A stretch of 64,000 nucleotides of DNA from Pocillopora damicornis. Taxonomy: Eukaryota. Under the pieces are notes generated by a model, which saw nothing but the letters and a program-made list of their open reading frames with translations, had not been told where the DNA came from and searched no databases. The stretch is taken from contig NW_020847569.1 of NCBI RefSeq assembly GCF_003704095.1, positions 806,001 to 870,000 on the forward strand, given 5' to 3'. The position numbers and the translations under genes are program-made. The stretch's first letter is position 1, and the number at the start of each line of letters is the position of its first letter. Shown here in pieces: positions 10,731 to 22,700 of this stretch.

Positions 10731-13700
10731 ATGATGGCTTCGATCAAAAAATATTCATTCACGACGAAAGCGGTGAGTACAGCTTGTCAATTCCGATTTG
10801 TTTTCCGATAAATATCTTTCAGTTTGGCTCTTGCCTAAACAACAGATTTGTATGTTTTCTACTGCACAGAGCGCTAAAGGTATGGAGGGCTACGTTGGTT
10901 TTGCTAATCTTCCAAACCAAGTTTTTCGCAAGAGTGTCAAGAAAGGATTCGAATTCACCGTCATGGTGGTCGGTAGGTAACATGCTTGGTGCTGAAATTA
11001 CGGAAGAGAAATGTGTTGGAATAAATTAATTTGTGTTTGAACACATTTTACTGCTTCCTTCTGCTTTACTTTAGTAGGGATTAAGTCACACCAGAAGTGT
11101 AACTCTGTAAAATTTTGGGGAATCTCGCTTAGAGTATGAACCCGGCATGTTTGCGGCATGGCGTGAGAAGACACAAGACATTTATATTTCACTTGACGGA
11201 GAAAGTTCCAGTTTTTGAGCCATTGTTTCGGTACTGTTCGATGAAGACTCGTATATTACGCTCTCAAAAGAAACTAATCACCCTTTGTCACCATCTGATT
11301 TGCTGTTAATCGTGAATCAGGAAATTTCGTGTCATTATGTTTAATATAACCCGCATGTGACTCGATCGTGGTTTCGTTGCGCCAGCTTTACTATTACCTG
11401 TCAATTTTTAAGTGAATATTATATCCAAATTCGGCGGCCGATCTCGATAGCGTTTGTATAGATACATCATAATATTTACATGCAGGTTATCTAGGAACAA
11501 AACCGAAAAAAAAACAAATAGAAATATTGCACGAACACATGCTAACCAAGTAGGTAGAAATTCATGTAAATTTCATTTTCATGTGTTTCAACCCTAACAC
11601 TTTATGTGCGTGATTCCTGAAGAAACATTCTCCATGCTCTTGAGGTTAAATTTGAGTAATTGATATGAATCAAGAGGCGCCAATGACTCTTATCTTTGAT
11701 TTCTACATAGCGATGAAACATTCCCGATGCAATATGGAAGTTTCATTACTTTCGTGTCAGATGAATATGTTCGCTTTGATAAGACGGTACTTGAAGTTTT
11801 AAATTTAAGACTTGTGTTAGATCGAACAGTTGTTGAGCAATTAATCATTACTTTTTTTTTTTCTTGATGACCATGTCTAGTATTTTCTTGTCTTCGGCGT
11901 CTGTGCCCTTGTGTTATTTTCAATTCAAGAATTTTGGCCGAATTTTTATTTCGTGAAATGTCACGTAATTCTAGATGCATTTTTAATCCTCTTTGCGGGA
12001 CGTAGCTGTAGTCGAGCTGTCAAAACTTTTCCTTTCTGTCACCTATTCCCAATACATTTTGCATATTTTGCCAATTTAATTTCCTTTGAGGACGATTGTC
12101 CGGTGAAATTTTATTTGAATTTAACATCTGCCTGTAAATTGATTACTTTCTTCGAGTCCACATGGAATCAGGTGCGAAATCTCCACGTGTGATTCAAACT
12201 GAGACAGATGTATGAAACTCTACAGAAATGAGTGATTATTTTGTTTTTCTTTCGACCACCATGGCTATAAACGTACTTTGCTAGGATATTTGTGACAGCA
12301 AGAGATTACCACCAGTTGTCCAAATATTTTTCTTTTTGAAACATGTCATTTCTCCAAAGTACTAATTTAAATTCTTGTCAAGAAATGTTTATTGTGTAAG
12401 TAAGCAAGGTTTTTTAAGGGGGCCTTTTATTTATTTCCATATTTTCCACAAACTTTTATTAAACTTAGATCCTTTTTTTTTTTTATGAGAAGGACTTGTA
12501 ACCATGTGAATTTGTTTTTATCTTTCTGTAAATTGCATCTCTGTGGGAATCCTTGGAGCTTGGATTCACCAGGAGGATTTCTCTCTATTGTTTTACCTTG
12601 AGATTACTTTGAAGTATTTCCTATGGTACATCCACCCATCTTTTGTGGTCAGCCACTTTATTGTGACTTTGTTAATGCAGTCCGTTTACCACTGCCATTA
12701 ATTGTAACTTTGCCAAAATTGTGAAATTGGTGTTTACTTGCTGTACTTCAAACATCCTCTTAACGAAGTTCAAAATGTTTCTCAAAGTTTAGTTGTGTTA
12801 ATTTTTTCCACAGGTGACTGTTACTAAACTTGTATTTATGATTGCAGAGACATTTCATGTCCAATTATGTTTAGAGATTTGAATGTTATAATTCAAACAC
12901 CACCAAAATCTTCAGATTTGGAAAATTGTATTTCCTTGTAAATTCTTTTAAACAGGGAATGTCAGTTTTACAGCAACAGATTATATACTTCTGAAAGGGT
13001 TTTGTTTTTTTATTCATTAACCGTACATGAAGGTGATGCTAATCAACAGCTGTTTTCTCTTCTTAACTTTTATATGAAAACTTCTCTAAGAAATTGTTCC
13101 CAATGGTGCTATTTACACAGTTTTTGTCTGACTTTTTTTTCACTGGTTTTTTTTTAATGGAGATACAGACTAAATTTTGTAAATTTAAAATGTCCCCATG
13201 TTGTAAAATTCTGAGTTTTTTTTAATTTGTAGTGTGTTACTTCCTTTGGGTTTGAGAGATAAACAAGATTGCAAAAAAAAAATTAGCTCAGTGATGTTAT
13301 CAGTACATGTATTAATGAAGAGGCTTGGTGAAATGTGATATACATTGCATTGTATTTGAGAACCAACTTTGTTAATCTATCCTGAGCTTTTTTATTTCAA
13401 TCACTGTTCTTGATCCAAAGTAAACTGAGGTTGAATTTCAATTGGTTACTTAGAATTTCTCATTCTCTCTGTAGATCCATAGGAACCTATAATTATTTGT
13501 TATTATACTACACTGTATATTACTTTAGTGGCAAGATTCATCTTTACCTGTCTGGTTGATAGCTTGCTAATGGTGTTAGCCTAAATATCAGTTGTAATTT
13601 TAATAGTAACCAACCAGATTTTTATCTTCCTTGTTCTTGGTATGAGTCAGGACATACTTGTTTGTATTTAAATGCAGTTGAAGAAACTTGTCCTGCTTTT

Positions 13701-16700
13701 CTTATGTGTAACTTACTGTCTGAATATTTACTGTCTGCATTTTAACCCAGCACAGTGGCAAGAATTCTTTATCTCTTAATTTCTGGACCAAAAGTTCTGT
13801 ACTCCTTTTCAGGTGCAACATTTTAAGTGATACTTTATAACTACACTATTAAGTTATTTTTCACTTTTTTTTAGCTTTTGAAAGATGAGTTCTGGTCAAT
13901 ACTGAATGCATAGATTCATTTTTTTTTTTTTTAACGTAGTTGAAGATGCAGTTTGCCTAGTTGGTTCACAAACCAATCATTTTTTTTTTCTTGTAATTGG
14001 GTGAATTAAGGATATTGAGAATTCTTTTGGGGCTTTTTCCTCAGGTTACTGAATTGTTTAATCATAGAAGGGCTTTAAGCTGCTTATTAAATATTAATGC
14101 AAAGCTAGAAGCTATCATTTCCGTTCCCCAGTTAAAAGCTTTTACCATAATCTGGCTTAAGGAACAGATGTGTTTTAACTTCTTCATCCTAATGACAATG
14201 ATGTCAAGATGTTTTTATACTTAGACATTTACAAGGGTCAAATTTCTTTCTCTCTCTATTTTTTTTTTAAAGTTTAAGTTGCCTGGTGTAATAGAATGCA
14301 CGTCTTATGGTCTACATTTTTGTTGTAATGACAAATTGCCATATCAATATAATCTGCAATTTTTTAGCTTTTACCAGCCAATTTAGAGTAAGCACAGTTA
14401 AAGCTCTTACCTTGAAAGCACCTCATAAGTGTTTACGATATCTTCCTCCCTGATCCTGTGACTGAATTGGAATGTTAAGTGTTGGCATTATTGTGGTTTT
14501 TAGGGAAGAACAATGTGGTTATTTTTATTTTGAACCAGATGATTGCCTTAGGGCACTTTCTGTGTTTGTTTTCTTGCTTGCTTATACTATTGTTTTGAAG
14601 TCATCCTTTTTATAGAGCCATCTTTTTTTTTTCTCCAGGTGAAAGTGGACTGGGCAAATCAACACTTCTGAACTCACTGTTTTTAACTGATATCTACACA
14701 CCTGCTGCATATCCAAGTGTAGAGGAACGACTCAACAAAACTGTTTCAGTAAGTCTTTTACTTGATGTGCTGTATAAATTTGAAGCCAGAGAAAAATAGC
14801 AAAATATTGAGCACAAAATACTCTCTACTTAGAAGATAAAATATTGGTAATTGGATACTGCAAAGTGGTGTTAAAAATTTTTATTTAATGGCAATTTTAG
14901 TGGGTTCTTTTATATTTGCTCAGATTTTATTTATCTCTGCTTGTGAGCCACATGAGCAAATTGATTGGGAAACATGATTTTGATTTGTTTTCCTCTTGTT
15001 TCTCTCATTTTTTTGATGAATGTACAGTTTAAGCCAAAAAAGAAGGCAAAAATGTCTCGCTCTTTTAGACCCTTTTTGAAGCAGAAACAAAGAATCAGTT
15101 TTCTGCAGTTAAGAAATGAAAGATCAAAGAAACGGGAAGTTTTCCTTGAGTCTCTATTCAGAGAGAAATTTTTTGTTTGTTACTCTTAACCCTTCAACTC
15201 CCAAGAGGGACCAAGACATAATTTTCTCCTTACAATACCAATACTATATCAAGCCGACAAGTGATGAGAAAAGAGGAAATTCTCAATATGGGGATTAGTC
15301 GTGAATCCAATACCAAATTCTCCAAACCATCTTCATAAGAATTGTGTGGCAGACTGTGAGTATAATTTGAATGAGATCTTGAGAGTGCAAGGGTTAAGGA
15401 AAGAATTACTTGAATCAAGTTAAACAGCCTGAAACACAATTAAAGTTAGAGAAAGATGTTTTTCATCTTGTCACAAGTGAGGGACAAGGTAAAAAAAAAA
15501 TTCTGAGTCTCCATGAGGAATTGAACCTCAGACCTTTGGATTTTGTGTTCCGATGCTCTACCACTGAGCCACAGAGACTTTATGATGAGCGAGGTCTATT
15601 ATGAAGTTCATATGACACATGTCAGTAAGCTGGTTTAGTTTTTCAATTAGTAACAGTAACTGTAGAAGGTGGGTCATGGATTTTTTTGTTTCATGTAGAT
15701 AAAACCTTCAACAATTGAGATGAAAGAGGGAGGTGTGCGACTGAGACTAACAGTTGTTGATACTCCAGGATTCGGAGATGCTGTTGACAACACTGACTGG
15801 TAAATTACAATTATAGATATTTCTACACACTTTTTAGCTTCATGGACAGCATATTTTTTATCATTATTATTGAAGGAAAAAAGGAAAAGAAAGGATTCTG
15901 AAGTTTCTAACAAGCTCATAATCTTTCTTTTTTTCTTTTTTTTTTAAGCTGGAAGCCCATTATTGAATACATAGACAACAAATTTGAAGAATATTTAAAT
16001 GCAGAATCAAGAGTGGTCAGATCACCTTTCCCGGATGACAGAGTTCATTGTTGCTTGTACTTTATTGCACCTACAGGGCACTGGTTAGTTCATTTTACAA
16101 ATAGTATGCTTGTTGAACTTTGTTTTGACATTTCTTGATGTGATAGTGACTCAGTGGTGATGAGAATTTGTGGTAAGATTTATTGCTACATGTATTTTCA
16201 TTTTGCAGTCTAAAACCTTTGGATATAGAATTTATGAAAAGACTTCATAACAAGGTGGGCTTGTAACCTTTTGTTGTGCTGATATGCTTCTGCTTTATAC
16301 TTTAATTCATGTAACCTTTAAACTATTACGATTGTTAATTCTCTCCTTTAGCTGCTACACCTTTCCTTGTAATTAGACCTAATTACAATATATTCACCCC
16401 TGATGAAGGCACCAGATAGGAATGTCGAAACGTTGGGTCTATGAATTGTAACTTCTTTGGTTACATTCATTAAATCTGTAAACCAAAGTAGCATCAAACC
16501 ATGTCTAGACCTAATTAGTTCCAAAAATTTGGTATTAGATCAAGATGACAGCTTCTACCTGATAAGTTTGAGTATTCTCATTACCTGTTTGCTTAATCAT
16601 GTATGGGTATTATATGGAGAAGTTACAAGATAATCATTTAACTTTCTACTTATTTTAGGTTAATATTGTACCGGTGATTGCAAAAGCTGACACTTTGACC

Positions 16701-19700
16701 CATGATGAGTGCACCAAGTTCAAAAAACAGGTTTGAAACTTACTTTTTTGCCTCTTTTGTATTACCTTGTATAGAAATTGCATTTTTTTTTAAAGAACTG
16801 CTTCTTTTCACTATCAGATACTTAAGGAAATAGAGGAAAATGACATTGGGATTTACAGATTTCCAGACCTTGGAGGAGATGATGATGATGATGTAGCAGC
16901 TGTTAGTATGAAGGTATCAATAAACTTGTAGAAAATAAAACCTTACATGATGCTGTTCATGTCTATAAAAGTGGAAATACAATACTATGTGATCTGGGAG
17001 ACATATACAGTACTTGCACCTGGATATGCAAGTAACTTGTTTAAGTCCTAACATAGATAACTTTGATTTTGAGCCGGTTATTTACGCGAGTTCTGTCCCA
17101 AACCACCGTTTTATGCAAACAATGGGCCTAAGGCTTTCCCCATAGGAGGGTTGATATAATTAGGTAAAAGTCCTTCCACTGTTGGCTTTCGGCTTTCTTG
17201 ACACTGTGACATAAATAAATGCTCAGATTAAAGGTTCAGCTCAGTTGAGGAGTTTTTTGGACACAGTTTGGTTAAACAACTACTAAACTTTGTTTAAATA
17301 ATCAGACCTTTGTGTTTGTACTCCCTTGTTGAGGAACAATATTATTTTGTTTCTAGGACAGAATACCTTTTGCAGTGGTTGGTAGCAACACAGTCTTAGA
17401 AGTTAATGGCAAGAGAGTAAGAGCCCGAGTGTACCCTTGGGGTGTGGCCGAAGGTATTGCCTGTGATGACATGTTTTTGAAACTTTCTTTGCAAAGTCTC
17501 CAGTTGAACTTTACCGCTCTGACGAAGGGCTAACGCTCGAAACGTCAGCTTTCAAACTCTTTATGGTGGCCAATTTATGATCTCAATTCAGTTGATAATG
17601 CTAAATTACCCTAAATTACCGTCGCAGCACCATAGTTCCTTTAGAAACTTACCCCTTTATTCATTTGAACTTTACAACCCTTTGGTTTCCACTCTGTTGC
17701 CTTTGTAAAGCTATTTTTAACATCTGCTGTCAAAAAGTTAAGCGTTGTACCAGTAAAGTTTGAGACTCTGCCTGCAGTGTGAATGTACTGATGATAGTTT
17801 TAATTACATAATCGTATGTTGAAAGTTCCAACCTGTCTTTGTTGAAACAACTGCATGTTGGAACGTTATCGATAGTCGATGTCGCTGATATGTATATCTT
17901 GCGGGATTATTAATGATTACTTCCTCTTTCTCTCTTTTTTTTTTAAGTTGAAAATGTAGACCACTGCGATTTTGTTGCTTTAAGAAACATGCTGATCAGG
18001 TAAGTATCATGGAACGTAACAAATAAATCCTGATGCCGTAGCAGTGAACGATATCTTAAGCCTGAGTTGTGCAAAACTTAGCAAGCTCAGTTTATTTTAG
18101 CTCACGGTATAAATGTTCGATATAGTGTTATAGCATTGCAGGTAGACCTTCTGATTATCTTTCGTTCTCTTCAGTGTATTTTAATCTGAGATGAAACTCT
18201 GCAATACGTTTATCCCAACAAACGCTTTCAAACAAAAGAAACCAAAGTCGAGATGATTATACTACCTAGATTAGCGCCGATCACCCTTCAAATGAACAGA
18301 TCACAGGGGTTGTATTACAGTTCGAATACTGAAAAATTAGCTTAGAAGCGAACACCAGTAGTTGGCGATTTTCGTGTTTACTTTATTTCGTTGTGCCTTC
18401 ACCTGATGGGGACATTGCAAACTTCTGTAGGCATCACGATCTTATTTACCGGAAAAATTTCAGTGGTTTTGTAAATGAGTTTTATTGCGTGAGTGCGCAT
18501 TAGATAACAACCGATCGCTATGATGATCTCATAACTAACAAGCGTAAATAGAGTGATTGTCTTATCAACAACGTCCGCAAGATGTAAATAAATCTCTTAA
18601 ACTTATTATTTTCTTTTTGAACGAGCCAACTAATTGATTATCTAAGATTTACTTCCGTTTTATTTCCTAAAGCTAAGCCAATCAAATCTACTGAATTGGA
18701 TTATTCAATGATCCAGTTTGTTAATTAATCTTGGATAATTCCATATCCAGGCGTAGATCCATTCTGAGACCATAACCATACGCAGTGACGAAGGGCTCAT
18801 AACGCTCGAAACATCCTTAAAAACTCTTTACGGCGGCCAATTTACGTTATCAACTCATATATAAAACCATGTTATCTTGTAGTACCCACCACCGACTCAG
18901 CGCCTCAGTTTCTTTAGAAACTTTTGCCCTTTATTCACGACCAAATATACTTTCTTTTTCCTTCAGAACGCATATGCAGGATCTCAAGGATGTGACGAAC
19001 GACACTCACTACGAAAATTATCGCTGCGAAAAGCTGGCGGCCATGACCGTTGGCTCACCTACTAATCAGCCAAGTTCTAAGTAAGTAACTCTGTATCACA
19101 TCAGTTAAACAAGAGAAGGATGCATCTCTGCCAGAGAAAGTCAGTGTCATGAATAATTCGGGATTGCTTTTGTTATTCCACCCGGTGATTGGTCTAGAAA
19201 TCTCGCGCGTCATCCTCTGATGCAAAACTGCAACCAATGGGAAATCAGATACAAGCGATCCTCGCAGCTATGAACACCACCAAATGAGTAGTTGAAATAA
19301 GACATGAAGAAAATTCAGGCCCATATGGGATTTGAACCCATGACCTCTGCGATACCGGGGAATGGGGAATCAGTCATTCCCGCGCTAGAGGCTTGCTTCT
19401 GCCTCGTGTTCTCAATGTGGTTGGTTGCTTTGTTCTAAGTGGCCACTGTGATAACTTTCGTTTTGTTTTACCGTGATACTAAATCAAGTAGTACTTTTTG
19501 ACTGGCTTGGGGTTTTGTTCCCATGTCCTAGTGCTGTACAAACAACAAGTTTTCTGGCTAAAAATTAACAGTCTCTGGCTCATGCACTATGAGCTCTAAC
19601 ACTCGAATCGTCAGCTTAAGAAATTCTTAACGGTGGCCAATTTACATTATCAACTCAGTCGACATTAATCAGTATTACCCCCTAATGAGGCAGCACCACA

Positions 19701-22700
19701 TTTTCTTGGAAACTTACCACCTTCATTTATGGGGGAGAAAATATTTTTGCAAAGCTTACGCCGGCTTACGCCGAGATGATGGTCGATCGAAGAGGAATCT
19801 GAATCGTTTTAACGCAGGCTGTTGATACAACAATTAAACGTGAGGTGTCCGTCATGTATGTACGAAGTGTATGAAAAGTCAAAATGATCTTTACACCTGC
19901 GGTTACGACATGAAAGCGTAACAAGATTTTCAATGAGTTGTTTGTAAAGCTACCAGATTGTCCTATAAACAAATCCAGAACAACAAAACAAAGAAACACC
20001 CTAACTAAACAAAAACAACGAAACAGTTTTACTTTGAACGAAAACTGTTTAACAAACCGACTCATTGCTCACTGTTTGGTCGTCTTGAAGCATTTTATTT
20101 CTTTTTTAGTAACATTCATCATTCAACATTTTTTCTTAGCGTGTCTCTCAGTAGAAGTCCTCTGGAGCAACTGGAAGCTGAGAAAGAGGAACGAGAAATG
20201 AAACTGAAGAAAATGGAACAGGAAATGGAGCAAGTGTTCGAAATGAAAGTCAAGGAAAAGAAAAAGAAGCTCAAAGATTCTGAGGCGGAGGTGAGTTGGA
20301 CAGTGAGTGAGCATTGAGGTGAACATGAACAGCTAAGGCTGACATTGATTCTTTAAATCCCAGGGGTGACTTGGACAGAATTTTTACGCATAATGTCAAT
20401 TAAATATGTAGAAGACAAGCGATAATGAACAAAATATCAACTGGGGATTATTATTTGATTCAACACCAATTTCTCAGAGTTATCTTCATGACAAGTGAAC
20501 CATGGTTAGAGTTATCATTAGAGCAATTTTCAGCGGAGTGTTGAAAGCAATCAGGGATAGCTTTGGACTAGCGTCGCCATGAGCTGTGAATGGTATAGAA
20601 ACTTGTGCTTTCCCCTCTATCATTATCGATCAAAGAGCGCTCTCTATTGGTTATCGTAAAACCCGGCTAAACCAAAATAATCACAACAGGCATTCAGTAG
20701 AAAGGAAAATACCTTGAAGAGCCAATGGCAACTCGAAGTTAAAATAACAAACTGGCTAAAGCGCGGGAATACGCGGGCGACCAAGTCGTGATTAGTTTTA
20801 GTTTCGGTTCTGATTGTTTGAGAAAGTTGCCCGAATTTTCTTGACCAATCACAAAGCGAAGCACAGTACCACCCCTGCTATGTTGGATTACTTTGGACAC
20901 TGTTTTAAACTTGTTCTAAGACCAATGGCAACTTGAACACCAGAGATTTCCAGTTCTTCGGGCAGTTTACATTTTTTTACTCTGAACTCTTTTTGGTCTC
21001 ATGCGACACTTAGCTTCGTTGTAATCGCTCTTTTGTACTTAGAAAACAATTCAGTGCGAACATTTTTTTAACAGCTTGGCAAGAAAAACGAACAGATGTG
21101 GAAACAGCTCGACCAGCAGAACAAGGAGCTAGAGGAAAAACGAAAACAGTTCGAGAGAGAGAAGGGACACTACGAGGAAGAACTGAAAAGTAATGGCCTG
21201 AAGGGTCTGGAACGGTCTGACTCCTCCAGCAAATCACTCAAGTAGGTGTATTCCTTTACAAACACACGCGGCCTTGGTTTGTAATAGAACAAGAGGTGTC
21301 CTAAATACCCAGTTTACAACGGACATTGTTAAGAAAATTGCTGTCGGAAGTAGTTTGTTTGTTTGTTTTTTCGGAATTTTTTGGGAGTGATTTGTAGTAA
21401 AGTGACCCTTCTTCTAAAAGGCGGACTGAAAGTGAAATTTTTTCGGTATTAAACAACTGCACACAGGAAGTGTAGACCAGTTTCTAGAAAAACATTCTTG
21501 CAAGTTTCATTGCCTTCGTGATTTTTCAGGCAGAAAATTTCCTTCTATTCTGGACCTTCAGTCCAACAATCGTCCATAAATATCGATATAATTGGAGTTT
21601 CAAACCAGTTGCATTGATTTGAAATATTTCCTCGTGCTATTTGAACCATGCGAGAGGGTGGATGGGAATTGTAGATAAAATATTTAGGTCAATTTGTCAA
21701 CAATTCTTTCGCCAAATAACCTTTATGCGTGATTACGTTTTACCCTAAGCCTTTTTTGCTCCACATCCCTCTTTTGCCTGTCATCTTGTTCTTGGTTATA
21801 CGTGGGTATTCTTTGGATATCATTGCTTTTGCAATACGTTCCGCACCAAGAAAGCGAGGCTTAGGTACACGTTACGTAACTTTGCATGAGGCTATGTGGG
21901 TCTTTCGCTCGTCTGTCTGTAAGGTTAGATGAGATTTTGTAGGATCTGATTAATAGTGCTGAAAGAAACTGTGGTTTGCTCATGTTTTTTGTTTGGAGTA
22001 TGTGTCGCTTGTTTTTTGTCTGTATATGCTTATTTAGCAGCTGCAAGTAATGAAGTTGGCATTAACGTTTGCGTTGGCTCACCCAATCCTCTCCTAACTT
22101 ATCAATTGGTTCTTGTAAAAGCGATTTCGCTCCCGCTTAGTTATGCTGTGTTGGCCATTGTTAAAGTAAAAAGCCTTTCTTGAAGTCAGTTTTCATTTTT
22201 GTGTGTTCTCAGACATCTTATGTTAGCCTGGTGGAACTCTTGGAGCGCTTTTCGATGAAGTGCAAACTCGTAATCACATTTGCTTTGAATCCTAATTGGT
22301 CAAAGACGTTCGAGTTACCTTCTCAATTGACCAGATTGTATTGGTTCTTCTTTGAGATCGGTTTAGAAAACTCGTGCTAGTCTCTGAACCAATCACATGC
22401 AAAACTAGAACCAATCACAACTCGGAATTAGTTTCACGCGCTAGAAGTAGTTTTTGACTTTTAAGCCTGAGTTCCCATTGGCCCCTTTTGAAATTTCACT
22501 TTGTTGTCTTTGGCTCCGCTGCTATCGCCTAACAACACTTCGAAATGCGCTTTAAATCGGTACACCCTAAGGAATTTCCTATTCCTTTTTTGTCTACAAT
22601 GTTTGCTGTAAAGCAGTCTCAGATAATTTTTAGCGCTTTAGTCTGTGCAGTTCCACCTTTTTGCCGGTAAGTGCTGTCGTGCTAACGCTTTGTAGTGTCT

